Both the position numbers and the translations under genes were made by a program. The notes under the pieces were generated by a model, which saw only the letters and a program-made list of their open reading frames with translations, was not told the DNA's origin and did not search any database. A DNA stretch of 64,000 nt from an uncultured Gammaproteobacteria bacterium (lineage in GTDB: Bacteria > Patescibacteriota > Patescibacteriia > UBA1558 > GWA2-36-10): assembly GCA_964638415.1 (NCBI GenBank), contig CAZWYP010000006.1, positions 2,244 to 66,243 on the forward strand. The letters are read 5' to 3'. Below are positions 9,380 to 19,498 of the stretch, piece after piece; positions within the stretch are counted from its first letter, which is position 1; the number at the start of each line of letters is the position of its first letter.

Positions 9380-10552
9380 TTAATTTAATTTTTTGTTAAC
9401 CAGTTCCAGCATCTTATTGACCGTGCTTAACCAGGAATACTTTTTGACAAACTCCTGCCGCGCTTGCCGGGCAGCATCATTATCTTGGGCCAAAGCTTCA
9501 TTGACTGCTTTGACAAAATCCTCTTTTGTTTCGGCAATAGTCACTAACTCCGCTAGATTCTCCGTACCGGCTTTGGCGGTAGCCACCACCGGCTTGCCGC
9601 AAGCTAAATACTCGTACATCTTCATGGGATTAGTGCTTAAGGAAAATTCTCCGGTCTTATGGGGAATGATACCGACATCAAACTGCTGGATGTACATGGG
9701 CGCTTCCGCATAACCCTTATAGCCTAAGAAGTGGATATTAGGCAGGCTTTCCAGCTCTGCTCTTGCTTGATCCTGTTGGTTCCAAACCGGACCGACTAAA
9801 ACCACTGACTTGTCTGGATTGTTTTCGGCTAAGTATCTGATCCAATCCAAATCCACTCTTTCCTGTATCACGCCAATGTAACCGATAATCGGCTTAGGCA
9901 ATTCCGCGATATCACGGTTAACTAAAGTAAATTTCTGGGTATAATGCTTGAAGTCAACGCCATTAGGTATCCAATAGACATTTGGCTGGTCATCAAAGAA
10001 TTTAACCAAGCTGGGCGAGACAGTGAAAATTAAATCTGCCTGATCTTTAATTAAGCGGTAATCCTGCTGCAGCCGCTCTTTATAAGCCTCATAAGACGGA
10101 TGATTAAGCCAATTATCCACTGCTTCAAAAACCGTCAATTTCTGCCCTAAATTCTGCCAATACGGAGCAGCAAAAGGAAAAAAGGACCAGAGCACAGCAT
10201 CCCCGAAATTAAGGCTCAAGGCTGTCTTTTTAATATTATTAAAAACCATTTTGGGATTAAAGAAGAATCTGACATCAGAATAAACATAAAGCTTTTCTGA
10301 CAACTTAGTCACCTTGAAAGTCAGCCTCTTTTTAATAACTTCCCCTTCATTGAGATTCAAGGCGATATTCTCCTTGTAATTCCTCAAGGCTCGCTTCCAA
10401 TTAAGTGGCAAGTAATCTACAGCTAAGATCTTGCCAATCTGCTCATTGTGCAGCAATTGCTGCAGCACATGATAATTACGATTGGATACGCCTTCCTCCC
10501 ACTCCGAGTAAGAGGACATATTAAGCATAATAACGTCAAATTTCTTTTCCAT
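9380..10552 (-). CDS. glycosyltransferase, GT-B fold (GT1/GT4-like)
   Basis: 390 aa. C-terminal GT-B nucleotide-sugar binding motifs (E..P.K..EYLACGKPVVAT). Confidence 0.65.
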   Translation of the reverse strand: MEKKFDVIMLNMSSYSEWEEGVSNRNYHVLQQLLHNEQIGKILAVDYLPLNWKRALRNYKENIALNLNEGEVIKKRLTFKVTKLSEKLYVYSDVRFFFNPKMVFNNIKKTALSLNFGDAVLWSFFPFAAPYWQNLGQKLTVFEAVDNWLNHPSYEAYKERLQQDYRLIKDQADLIFTVSPSLVKFFDDQPNVYWIPNGVDFKHYTQKFTLVNRDIAELPKPIIGYIGVIQERVDLDWIRYLAENNPDKSVVLVGPVWNQQDQARAELESLPNIHFLGYKGYAEAPMYIQQFDVGIIPHKTGEFSLSTNPMKMYEYLACGKPVVATAKAGTENLAELVTIAETKEDFVKAVNEALAQDNDAARQARQEFVKKYSWLSTVNKMLELVNKKLN

Positions 10553-10562
10553 GGAAATATAA

Positions 10563-11642
10563 TTATAAAATTTCTGCTAATTTTCTGGCTTGGCTTGGCG
10601 CTTGGATAAATTCCTGACTGCGATCATAAACGGCAGCAGCCAATCTTGTTGACAATTCATTATCCGTTAATAACCTCTCTAAAGCCAAAGCTATGGCTTT
10701 AACATCTTCTGCTACCAACAAAGCATTAACTTCATTAATCAGCCATTCGCTGGCTCCTCCGCTTTGGCCGGCAATAATCGGCAGTTTAGCCTGAGCCGCT
10801 TCTGCAAAGACAATACCAAAGCCTTCAGCATCAAATTGGCTTGAGCGGTGCGGCAAAATAAAAATATCCGCGAGGTTATAATAACCTATCAGCTCATTAT
10901 CTTCAACCCGGTTAATAATCCTCACCTTATCCGTCAACTGCTCCTGCTTAATAAGCTTAAGCAGATTGTTTTGCTCTTCTCCTTGCCCCACAATTAAATA
11001 CTGCACTGGATATTTTCTTAACTGAGCTAAAGCTTTAATTACCAGATCATGCCCCTTGCGGAAAGCTAGGCGTCCCACCGTGAGTAAGATTTTTTCTCCT
11101 ACAGCAATATTTAATTCCTGCCTTAATTTAGTTAACTTATTTTCATCAGTGTTTCCTAACGGATCAATACTAGGATAGAACAGTTTTATTTTCTCTTCAG
11201 GCAGCTTCAAATCAGCCAAAGACTGCTGGGTATCTAAGCTGTTAACTAGAATATACTTGGCGTTTCCCAAAATCTTTTTAGTTAGCGCTGGCTTGTTTTT
11301 TAAGGCCAGCTTAATATCCAAACCATGCAGGGAAATAATATACGGAACTTTAAGAAAATAAGCTAAGGAACCTAAAGGTAAAATATTGGGAGTAAATATC
11401 TGTTCAATCTTATTCTCTTTAATTATTCTCTTCAATTTAAAATAACTAAATAACCAAGTTGGCCTAATGAAGTTATTTTTCAATTTCAATTTAATCACCT
11501 GCTTATTAGCCTTCACTTCCGGATGGTCGGTTGCCACCAGATAATCTTCCAAGGGAAAAAACTTAAAGAGATTATAAACATAGCGGGCTACGCCGCCCTT
11601 AAAAGGAAAATATTCATGGGTTAAGACTAAAGTCTTTTTCAT
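10563..11642 (-). CDS. glycosyltransferase family 4
   Basis: 359 aa. GT4 EX7E-like region (FGIVFAEAAQAKLPIIAG). Confidence 0.75.
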   Translation of the reverse strand: MKKTLVLTHEYFPFKGGVARYVYNLFKFFPLEDYLVATDHPEVKANKQVIKLKLKNNFIRPTWLFSYFKLKRIIKENKIEQIFTPNILPLGSLAYFLKVPYIISLHGLDIKLALKNKPALTKKILGNAKYILVNSLDTQQSLADLKLPEEKIKLFYPSIDPLGNTDENKLTKLRQELNIAVGEKILLTVGRLAFRKGHDLVIKALAQLRKYPVQYLIVGQGEEQNNLLKLIKQEQLTDKVRIINRVEDNELIGYYNLADIFILPHRSSQFDAEGFGIVFAEAAQAKLPIIAGQSGGASEWLINEVNALLVAEDVKAIALALERLLTDNELSTRLAAAVYDRSQEFIQAPSQARKLAEIL

Positions 11643-13087
11643 TATTCCGGTTTTTTAACAAATAAAGAGTCTCGTAAAAATTTCAATTCACTAACTGTAA
11701 CTACCTGCCAGGCAAACATAAACAGCAGATAAATTCCCCCGCCAATAACAATAGTCAAAGGCCAGAAAATATTATCTTTAAGATACACTACCGCTAAGCC
11801 CATTAATAGGGCTAATAATAAAGATTTAAACAGGGGCTTTAAATCATATAATCTGCCTTGTCCTAAAGGCCAGGCATAAAATAGATTGAGAATAAATAAA
11901 ATTAATGTACTAACACTAGAAGCAAAAGACGCTCCAACCACTCCCCATTCCTTAATAAAAACCAGATTGAGAATAATATTAACTACCATGACTAATCCTA
12001 AATTTCTGGTATTAACTGCCTGGCGATTGGTAGCATTTAATAAACTGGATAAAGTAAAATTAATGAACAAAAACGGCAGGCTGGCAATTAGAATCTGCAA
12101 AGGCCAGACTGACCAGGCATATTCCGAACTGTAAATCTGGTGGATAATCTCCGGGGCTAATGCAATAATACCGGCAGATAAAGGCAAGGCAATAAAGCCT
12201 AAATAATTAAAACTGCGGACAAATACCCGGGACAATTCATTAGACTGCTGCTGGTAAAGATGGGTAAAGGCTGGATACAAAGCCGCCACCATAGCTAAGG
12301 GAATAAACTGAAAAGCAAAAGTTATTTTATACGCTACGCTATATAATCCTACTTCCACATTGCCTAATAATATCTTCAATAATACGGAATCAATATAGGC
12401 ATAGACTTTGGCAAAAATTGCCGCTAAGGCAAAAGGAAGACTAATCCAGAATATTTTTTTAATCAGTTCCTGGTCAAATAACAATTTAAGCTTAGCTTGA
12501 AATTTACCAACTAAGATTAAGCCAGAGAAAACTAGATTAAATAAAGAAGCTAAGCCTAAGACTGTAATGAGTAATAATAAATTCCTATTAAAATACAAAA
12601 GAGTCAAGCCAAAAACCATGACAATTAATTGGAAGATAATAGTGCCAATGGATTCAAATTTTAAATTCTGCTGTCCCCTAATAAAAGCATAAAACAATAA
12701 AGTAAAGCTATCAATCACTACAATTAAAGTGGTTAAATAAATCAAAGGCTGAACTGGATCATTAGCAAAAACTGTCCAGTTAATAATTAAAAGAAAAATA
12801 ACTGCCAGTAAAGTAAATAATAGCTTTAAAGAAAAAATCTGCTGGAACCAGCGCTGCTGATCTTGCTGGTTTCTAGCCACCTCTCTAATTAAAACCGGAG
12901 ACAAGCCAAAATCCATTAAAACAGCAAACATGGTAGCAAAAGAAATAGCAAAAAAATACTGCCCAGTATATTCTGGCCCTAAGGATCTAGCTAAAATAGT
13001 AAAATAAACAAAAGACAGCACTTTCTGCATAACTAAAGCCGTCAAGAAAAAAGCGGAATTAGCTGTTATTTTCCTAGTAGTTAACAT
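11642..13087 (-). CDS. oligosaccharide/polysaccharide flippase (MOP/Wzx-like)
   Basis: 481 aa with about 12-14 TM helices. Polysaccharide biosynthesis protein architecture. Sits in a GT cluster. Confidence 0.7.
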   Translation of the reverse strand: MLTTRKITANSAFFLTALVMQKVLSFVYFTILARSLGPEYTGQYFFAISFATMFAVLMDFGLSPVLIREVARNQQDQQRWFQQIFSLKLLFTLLAVIFLLIINWTVFANDPVQPLIYLTTLIVVIDSFTLLFYAFIRGQQNLKFESIGTIIFQLIVMVFGLTLLYFNRNLLLLITVLGLASLFNLVFSGLILVGKFQAKLKLLFDQELIKKIFWISLPFALAAIFAKVYAYIDSVLLKILLGNVEVGLYSVAYKITFAFQFIPLAMVAALYPAFTHLYQQQSNELSRVFVRSFNYLGFIALPLSAGIIALAPEIIHQIYSSEYAWSVWPLQILIASLPFLFINFTLSSLLNATNRQAVNTRNLGLVMVVNIILNLVFIKEWGVVGASFASSVSTLILFILNLFYAWPLGQGRLYDLKPLFKSLLLALLMGLAVVYLKDNIFWPLTIVIGGGIYLLFMFAWQVVTVSELKFLRDSLFVKKPE

Positions 13088-13154
13088 GCAGATATTATAA
13101 CAAAATGATTAAAAATAAACAAATATTATATAATCATTTTTTGGCTAACATTAA

Positions 13155-13188
13155 ATAAAAAAACTCGCAGATTAATGCGAGTATTTTT
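13155..13188. terminator. bidirectional rho-independent terminator
   Basis: Hairpin ctcgcag attaa tgcgag flanked by an A-run and a T-run. Downstream of rpsI on the minus strand. Confidence 0.5.
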
Positions 13189-13195
13189 ACAAACT

Positions 13196-13627
13196 TTAAC
13201 GTTTTGACCATTGCGGAGCACGGCGAGCTCTCTTCAAACCTGGTTTCTTTCTTTCCTTCTTGCGGTCATCTCTAGTTAATAGGCCTTCTGCTCTCAAATT
13301 TGGTTTCAAAGCTTCGTCAGCTTCCAATAAAGCGCGGGCAATGCCGTGTCTGACGCCTTCCGCTTGACCACGCTGTCCACCACCCTGAACTTTAACAGTA
13401 ATCGCAATATTCTCTCGGCCAGCAACACGCAATGGTTCCAGAACCTGATCCTGCCATTCAAAATAAGGAAAGTATTCCTTATAATCCTTGCCATTAACAG
13501 TGATCTGGATGCCAGTTACTTTCTTATCCAAAATCCTGACGCGGGCAATCGCTGTTTTACGGCGGCCGACAGCTGGAACATAAGCCTCTTTCTTAATAAT
13601 TTCAGGAGTTGTCTTTGTCTTTACCAT
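13196..13627 (-). CDS. rpsI: 30S ribosomal protein S9
   Basis: 143 aa. C-terminal KRARRAPQWSKR. Confidence 0.9.
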   Translation of the reverse strand: MVKTKTTPEIIKKEAYVPAVGRRKTAIARVRILDKKVTGIQITVNGKDYKEYFPYFEWQDQVLEPLRVAGRENIAITVKVQGGGQRGQAEGVRHGIARALLEADEALKPNLRAEGLLTRDDRKKERKKPGLKRARRAPQWSKR

Positions 13628-13975
13628 TTACTTGATGATTAATCTCTTAAACATTTTTGGTCTTAGCTTGTTCTTAGGAAGCATATTCCAAACAGTGCGG
13701 CGCAAAACTTCCGCCGGATTGGAAACAAATAAATCCTTAAGCTGCTTGGTACGGATACCGCCAGGATAACCGGTAGTGCGGTAATATGTTTTCTGCTGCA
13801 CTTTCTTGCCGGAGAATTTCAAGCCTGCCACATTGCTTACTTCCACGCTGTCACCCTGATCAATATTGGGTTGGTAAATTGTCTTATGCTTGCCCTGCAG
13901 TAAAAAAGCAATTTCCGAAGCCAAGCGGCCGGCAATTTTTCCTTCAGCATCAATTTTATGAATCTTTCTTTCCAT
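13628..13975 (-). CDS. rplM: 50S ribosomal protein L13 (compact)
   Basis: 115 aa. GKIAGRLASEIAFLLQGKHK matches the L13 core. Shorter than typical L13 at both ends. Confidence 0.85.
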   Translation of the reverse strand: MERKIHKIDAEGKIAGRLASEIAFLLQGKHKTIYQPNIDQGDSVEVSNVAGLKFSGKKVQQKTYYRTTGYPGGIRTKQLKDLFVSNPAEVLRRTVWNMLPKNKLRPKMFKRLIIK

Positions 13976-13980
13976 AGTCT

Positions 13981-14334
13981 TTATTTCACTAATTCAATCA
14001 AAGCCATTTTAGCGCGATCACCTACGCGGGGAGCCAATTTCACAATTCTGGTATAACCGCCTGATCTTTCCTGATAGCGTGGTCCTAAGACATCCAGCAC
14101 TTTCTGCACGGCTTTTTTATCTTTCAACCAGCGTCCTAATTGCTGCTTACTGTGAACAGATTTTACTCTACCACGAGTGATTAACTTCTCCACTAAAGGT
14201 TTAACAGTCTTAGCTTTAGCCTCTGTGGTCTTAACCTTTTCGTACAAAATAATGGAAGTAGCTAAGTTGTTCAACATAGCTTCCCGCGGCGCTTTCTTGC
14301 GATCCAGTTTTTTATTGACTTTTCGGTGTCTCAT
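13981..14334 (-). CDS. rplQ: 50S ribosomal protein L17
   Basis: 117 aa. MRHRKVNKKLDRKKAPREAMLNNLATSII. Confidence 0.9.
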   Translation of the reverse strand: MRHRKVNKKLDRKKAPREAMLNNLATSIILYEKVKTTEAKAKTVKPLVEKLITRGRVKSVHSKQQLGRWLKDKKAVQKVLDVLGPRYQERSGGYTRIVKLAPRVGDRAKMALIELVK

Positions 14335-14358
14335 AAATTTATTTGATCATTCAATGGC

Positions 14359-15123
14359 TTATTCTTCCTCTGCTTCTTCAGTTTCTTCTTCGCTCTTAGC
14401 CTTTTTACCTCTCTTCGCTTTTGGCTTTTCCTCTTCTTCCTTCTTCAACCACAAAGCAAAATGGCTTTCTAAGATAGCGGAAGCTTGGGATAAAGCATCT
14501 TCAGCAGTAATCGTACCGTCAGTAACGACATCCATTACTACTTTTTCATAGTTAGTCATCTTACCCACGCGGACATTCTCAATCTTGTAGCCGACATTTA
14601 ACACTGGAGAAAAACTTGAGTCAATGGCAATGGTACCGATATCCAACTTCTCTTTTTCTCGCTGTTCAACAGTGACATAACCCAAACCGTTCTCCACGGT
14701 AATTTCCATATCCAGATTAGATCCTTTGTCAGTCAAAGTGGCTATTACCAAATCCTTGTTGCTGATTTCCACCTGGGAATTCTTTTCAATATCTCCAGCT
14801 TTTAATACCTTTTCTCCTTTACCAGTTAATCTTAATTTAACCGGTTCTTCAGAATAGACTTTTAAGCGCAGCTGCTTTAAGTTCAACATAATCTCCACTA
14901 CGTCTTCTTTGACGCCGTTAACGGCATCAAATTCATGCTGCACGCCCTGGATCTTAAAAGCAGTAACCGCACCGCCGGATAAGGATGAGAGTAATACTCG
15001 GCGCAAAGCATTGCCGATAGTCACGCCAAAACCGGGATAGAATGGTTCAATAGATACCTGGTAATGGTTATCTTCTTGGCTTAAGATATTAATTTTTTCT
15101 GGTAAAGAAATTTGCTTATTCAT
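14359..15123 (-). CDS. rpoA: DNA-directed RNA polymerase alpha subunit, N-terminal domain only
   Basis: 254 aa. alpha-NTD motifs (GFGVTIGNALRRVLLSS). Ends in a K/E-rich acidic tail with no alpha-CTD. Confidence 0.85.
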   Translation of the reverse strand: MNKQISLPEKINILSQEDNHYQVSIEPFYPGFGVTIGNALRRVLLSSLSGGAVTAFKIQGVQHEFDAVNGVKEDVVEIMLNLKQLRLKVYSEEPVKLRLTGKGEKVLKAGDIEKNSQVEISNKDLVIATLTDKGSNLDMEITVENGLGYVTVEQREKEKLDIGTIAIDSSFSPVLNVGYKIENVRVGKMTNYEKVVMDVVTDGTITAEDALSQASAILESHFALWLKKEEEEKPKAKRGKKAKSEEETEEAEEE

Positions 15124-15187
15124 ATTTTTATTGGCCTGTTAATTTTTATCCTGCTTGCCCTCCTCCAAGGAAGCTTAACAGGTGAAA

Positions 15188-15802
15188 TTATCTAGAATAG
15201 AATTCCACAATTAAATTAGTTTGAATATTCTTCGGTAGATCGTCATCATTCAAAGCGCTGTTGATGACAATAGTCATTTTCTTCTGGTCAAAGCTCAACC
15301 AGCCAGCCGGTTCAATCTTTTCTAATTTGGCTTCCATCGCTTTCCAGTAAGGTTTTTTTAGCTTATTGGCTTTTATTTGGATTACCTGCCCGGGTTTAAC
15401 CTGGTAGGAAGGAATGTTGGTATTTTTGCCATCCACGGTAAAATGTCCATGAGTTACCAGCTGTCTTGCTAAACGGTGAGTAGCGGCCAAGCCGGAGCGG
15501 AAAATAACATTATCTAAGCGAGTTTCCAATAAGATCATTAAATTCTTACTGACATCGCCGGGCATTTTCTGCGCTCTTTTGAAAGTCAGGCTAAACTGCT
15601 TTTCTAATAAGCCATAAATAGTCTTAGCTTTTTGTTTAGCCAATAACTGTTTGCCATATTCGGAAACTTTAGCAAAAGCTTTCTTATTACCATGAACTCC
15701 CGCTGGATAAGGACGCTTATCTAAAGGAGATTTGACAGTATCCGCTACATTTTCCCCAAAACGGCGGCTAGCTTTATGTCTAGGTTTGAGATTTCTTCCC
15801 AT
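15188..15802 (-). CDS. rpsD: 30S ribosomal protein S4
   Basis: 204 aa. MGRNLKPRHKASRRFGENV N-terminus. Confidence 0.9.
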   Translation of the reverse strand: MGRNLKPRHKASRRFGENVADTVKSPLDKRPYPAGVHGNKKAFAKVSEYGKQLLAKQKAKTIYGLLEKQFSLTFKRAQKMPGDVSKNLMILLETRLDNVIFRSGLAATHRLARQLVTHGHFTVDGKNTNIPSYQVKPGQVIQIKANKLKKPYWKAMEAKLEKIEPAGWLSFDQKKMTIVINSALNDDDLPKNIQTNLIVEFYSR

Positions 15803-15823
15803 ATTATCTTAGTATTAGGTAAA

Positions 15824-16195
15824 TTAAACGCGTCTAACTTTCTTTGGTCGGCAGCCATTGTGCGGAATTGGCGTCATGTCTTTGATGGTATTAACCGCAA
15901 TGCCATTGGTGTGTAAAGCGCGGATAGCAGCTTCGCGGCCGGCACCTACGCCTTTAACAAAAACATCCACTTCCTGCAAGCCGTATTCTTTGGCTTTTTC
16001 TGCCGCATTCTTAACAATAATGGAAGCAGCATAAGGCGTTGCTTTTTTCGGACCCTTAAAGCCGTTAGCACCAGCAGAAGACCAGGATAAGGCATTGCCG
16101 GTCTGATCGGTAAAAGTGACAATCGTATTGTTGTAAGTGGCCTGGATATGCACTTGGCCCTTGCTTACTTTCTTTTTAATCTTTTTCTTAGCCAT
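15824..16195 (-). CDS. rpsK: 30S ribosomal protein S11
   Basis: 123 aa. S11 family signature. C-terminal CRPKKVRRV. Confidence 0.9.
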   Translation of the reverse strand: MAKKKIKKKVSKGQVHIQATYNNTIVTFTDQTGNALSWSSAGANGFKGPKKATPYAASIIVKNAAEKAKEYGLQEVDVFVKGVGAGREAAIRALHTNGIAVNTIKDMTPIPHNGCRPKKVRRV

Positions 16196-16222
16196 GTTGA
16201 TAATTCAATAGTTCAAATAAAA

Positions 16223-16612
16223 TTAAGTCTTTTGAGCAGCTTTAGCGCGTCCAGAACCCATAGTCACACGCTTATTGCCCCGAATCGTGCGGGAATTAGT
16301 CTTAGTGCGCTGGCCTCTGACTGGCAAGCCTTTTAAATGGCGGACTCCGCGATATGCTTTAATTTCTTTCAAGCGTTTGATATTAGTCAGTTTATTGCGG
16401 CGCAATTCACCTTCCACTACCAAATCCTTCTCAATCTTGGTGCGCAGCTTATTAACTTCTTCATCCGTCAAGCTCTTAACTCTGGTATCTGGATTGACTT
16501 TTAATTCCTTCAAAAGCTTATTAGCAGTAGTTATGCCAATGCCGTAAATATAGGTCAGGGCGACCGCTACTCTTTTTTCACTGGGAATATTGACTCCGGA
16601 AATTCTTGCCAT
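16223..16612 (-). CDS. rpsM: 30S ribosomal protein S13
   Basis: 129 aa. [26 protein letters not shown]. Confidence 0.9.
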   Translation of the reverse strand: MARISGVNIPSEKRVAVALTYIYGIGITTANKLLKELKVNPDTRVKSLTDEEVNKLRTKIEKDLVVEGELRRNKLTNIKRLKEIKAYRGVRHLKGLPVRGQRTKTNSRTIRGNKRVTMGSGRAKAAQKT

Positions 16613-16637
16613 ACTTTTTCACTTAATAAAATAATAA

Positions 16638-16751
16638 TTAACCCTGTCTCTGCTTATGCTTAGGATTTTTACAAATGCAAATTACCCGATTTTTGCGTCG
16701 GATAATCTTACAATCTTTGCACATTGGTTTGACAGAAGCTCTGACTTTCAT
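16638..16751 (-). CDS. rpmJ: 50S ribosomal protein L36
   Basis: Not in the ORF track because it is under 60 aa. Minus-strand translation [37 protein letters not shown] is the canonical L36 with its zinc ribbon. Expected position between infA and rpsM. Confidence 0.8.
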   Translation of the reverse strand: MKVRASVKPMCKDCKIIRRKNRVICICKNPKHKQRQG

Positions 16752-16764
16752 TTTTTTATGATAA

Positions 16765-17001
16765 TTATTTTCTAAAAATAATACGACCTTTGGTCATATC
16801 ATATGGACTCATTTCTACGACTACTTTGTCTCCCGGCAGTATTCTAATCTTATTCATGCGCATCTTTCCAGATAAATGAGTGAGAATTTCCAAGCCATTT
16901 TCCAAAGCGACTTTAAAATTGGCATTGGGCAGTAATTCTACCACCTCTCCCTCAATCTCCAAAAAACCTTTTTTATTGACTTTAGTCTGACTGTCGTTCA
17001 T
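16765..17001 (-). CDS. infA: translation initiation factor IF-1
   Basis: 78 aa. S1-like fold. [30 protein letters not shown]. Confidence 0.9.
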   Translation of the reverse strand: MNDSQTKVNKKGFLEIEGEVVELLPNANFKVALENGLEILTHLSGKMRMNKIRILPGDKVVVEMSPYDMTKGRIIFRK

Positions 17002-17186
17002 TAAAAAGTAATCTAAAATAAATTATTTATAAAACAAAATTGTCTTATAAATAACTAAAATATTGTCTAAATCTGTAATTAACGCCCCTAAAATTTAGCA
17101 GATTTGCTTTTATTTGTCAATGATTTTAGGCCTAATTGCCTTATTTTCTTAAAAACTAGCAAAAAATGCCTTAAAATAAGGGGTTT

Positions 17187-18107
17187 TTACAATAAAGTCT
17201 GCACTTCTTCCTGCAGCTGAATACCGTACTTATCCCTAATCTGCTGCTTAATTAAGCTCATTAAAATAACTACTTCCTCTGCTTTGGCATTGCCTAGGTT
17301 AATAATATAATTGGCATGCTTTTCTGAAATCTTAGCTTGGCCTATCTGCTTACCAGCCAGCCCCGCCTGTTCAATTAGCCAGCCAGTAGGAATCTTGCGG
17401 TGCTGGGCAAACTGCTCAATAGCTAATCCCCGCCTTTTTAAATCTTCAGTATCCACTTCATCAAAGCTGATGTTTTTAAAGACACAGCCGCAAGACGGCT
17501 CATTAGGATGCCGATCTTTACGGTAAATTAAGCGTTCTTTAATTAGCTGGCGACTAGCTGCTACATCTCCCCGCTGCAGTCTAATTTTAACTTCCAAGAT
17601 AATCCAAGGATGCTCTTTAAAAATACTATGGCGATACTGCCAGCCAGCTTGAGAGCCTAGCATAGTTCTCACTGCCAGATTCTCATCCAAATAAGTTATT
17701 TCTTCCGTTACATCTGACATACCAACGCCATAAGTACCAGCATTGCCTCTGACTGCGCCACCGACGGTACCGGGAATACCCGCGGCAAATTCCAAACCGG
17801 TTAATCCCTTGCTTAAACTTTCGTTCATCAGCAAAGTAAGATTAGCGCCAGCACCCACTGTTGCTTCCGTATCATTAAATTCAATTTTATTAAGATCCAA
17901 CTTAACCACCAAGCCATTAAAGCCATTGTCGGAAATTAAAATATTACTACCACCACCCAACATGAACATTTGCTGGTTATTAGTCTTGGCCCAAGTTTCT
18001 GCTTCTTTGACATCTTCCGCAGTTTTGGCTACCACAAAATATCTAGCTGGTCCGCCAATCTTGTAACTGGTATATGGTGCTAATATGACATTCTCTTGTA
18101 ATTGCAT
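17187..18107 (-). CDS. murB: UDP-N-acetylenolpyruvoylglucosamine reductase
   Basis: 306 aa. FAD-binding N-terminus (YTSYKIGGPARYF). MurB C-terminal domain. Confidence 0.85.
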   Translation of the reverse strand: MQLQENVILAPYTSYKIGGPARYFVVAKTAEDVKEAETWAKTNNQQMFMLGGGSNILISDNGFNGLVVKLDLNKIEFNDTEATVGAGANLTLLMNESLSKGLTGLEFAAGIPGTVGGAVRGNAGTYGVGMSDVTEEITYLDENLAVRTMLGSQAGWQYRHSIFKEHPWIILEVKIRLQRGDVAASRQLIKERLIYRKDRHPNEPSCGCVFKNISFDEVDTEDLKRRGLAIEQFAQHRKIPTGWLIEQAGLAGKQIGQAKISEKHANYIINLGNAKAEEVVILMSLIKQQIRDKYGIQLQEEVQTLL

Positions 18108-18127
18108 AGGGTTAATAAATAATAATC

Positions 18128-19495
18128 TTACTTAACTAGTTCTCTTGCTAAAGCATCAATATCTCCAGCTCCGACAAATAATAATACGGCATTATTAGGA
18201 TCAAGCTGCCTAATTAATCTCTTCACTTCCTTATGATCAGCAGCATAAGCTACCTTCTGCTGCTGAATGGCTTTGACTAAATCCCTACTGCTTATCTCTT
18301 CATGCTCTTCATTTTCCCGGCCGCTGACCTGGTAAATTTCGGAGATTATCAACTGATCAGCTAAAGTAAAGCATTTGGTAAAGTCATTAAACAAGGTCTT
18401 GGTCCGGTTATGGTGATGGGGCTGGAAAATAACTATTAACTCCCGCTCGGGATAAAAATCCTTGGCGGCCTGTAATAGTAGTTTAATGGAATCGGGATGA
18501 TGAGCGTAGTCTGAAATAACCACATTGCTTTTATAATCTCCCAAATTCTCAAAGCGCCGCCAGGTGCCGGCAAATTCCTGCAAGCTGTTCCAGATCTGAT
18601 GCTTATTAACCTGCAAATAGTCTGCCACCGCAATAGCCGACAAAGCATTGTAAACATTGTAATTGCCGGGAACCTTCAATTCAAAATCCCCCAAAGCCTT
18701 ATTATTCTTCTTAACGCTAAAAGTCTGTAAACCGGGCTTAACTTCTAAATTGCCAAAAGCATAATCTGCATTTTGTTCTTGGCCGAAAGTAAGTGTTTTA
18801 ACTGCTGCCTGTATCCTCTGGCTATTGGCATCATTAATATTTTTTACCAATAATCCTGCTTGAGGAAGCTTATCTGTAAATTTTTGAAAATGCTTCTGGA
18901 TATCGTTTAAATCCTGGTAATAGTCTAAATGATCTTCCGCTACATTGGTTAAGACAATAATCTCTGGTGTTATTTCCAGCATATGCGCCCGCCATTCACA
19001 GGCTTCCACTACCAAAATATTAGACTTACCAAAACGGAAATTACTCTGCCACTGAGGCACTAGGCTGCCGACAATAACCGTCGGATCCAAGCCAGCTTTT
19101 TCTAAAATTAAGCCAATCATCGCGGTAGTGGTAGTTTTGCCATTAGTGCCGGCCACGGCAATGGTGCGGTAATTCTTACTTAAGATGCCTAAAAACTGGA
19201 AATAACTAAGCGTGGGAATATTCAATTCCCGAGCCTTGGCTAATTCTGGATGATTATCTGGTAAAGCGGAAGTGTGGATGAATAAATCTAAATCGCTTTT
19301 AATATTATTAGCTTTCTGTTTTTTGTTAATATACACTCCCTTATCTTCCAAACGCTTGGTAATTTCTGACCACGACAAATCCGAACCTTCTACTTCCTTA
19401 CCTAAGTGCAGGAAATAATAGGCTAAGGCAGATAAGCCAATTCCCCCGATACCGGATAAATATACTTTATTTATTTTATTTAAATCAATTTCCAT
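18128..19495 (-). CDS. murC: UDP-N-acetylmuramate--L-alanine ligase
   Basis: 455 aa. Mur ligase motifs (GTNGKTTT). Rossmann N-terminus (GIGGIGLSALA). Confidence 0.85.
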   Translation of the reverse strand: MEIDLNKINKVYLSGIGGIGLSALAYYFLHLGKEVEGSDLSWSEITKRLEDKGVYINKKQKANNIKSDLDLFIHTSALPDNHPELAKARELNIPTLSYFQFLGILSKNYRTIAVAGTNGKTTTTAMIGLILEKAGLDPTVIVGSLVPQWQSNFRFGKSNILVVEACEWRAHMLEITPEIIVLTNVAEDHLDYYQDLNDIQKHFQKFTDKLPQAGLLVKNINDANSQRIQAAVKTLTFGQEQNADYAFGNLEVKPGLQTFSVKKNNKALGDFELKVPGNYNVYNALSAIAVADYLQVNKHQIWNSLQEFAGTWRRFENLGDYKSNVVISDYAHHPDSIKLLLQAAKDFYPERELIVIFQPHHHNRTKTLFNDFTKCFTLADQLIISEIYQVSGRENEEHEEISSRDLVKAIQQQKVAYAADHKEVKRLIRQLDPNNAVLLFVGAGDIDALARELVK

Positions 19496-19498
19496 TGA

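Noticed and set aside
17161-17186. Possible terminator hairpin (ccttattttaagg + T-run on the minus strand) downstream of murB.
   Set aside because: The stem is only 5 bp and AT-rich. An alternative 9-bp stem has a 24-nt loop. Not convincing without folding-energy calculation.
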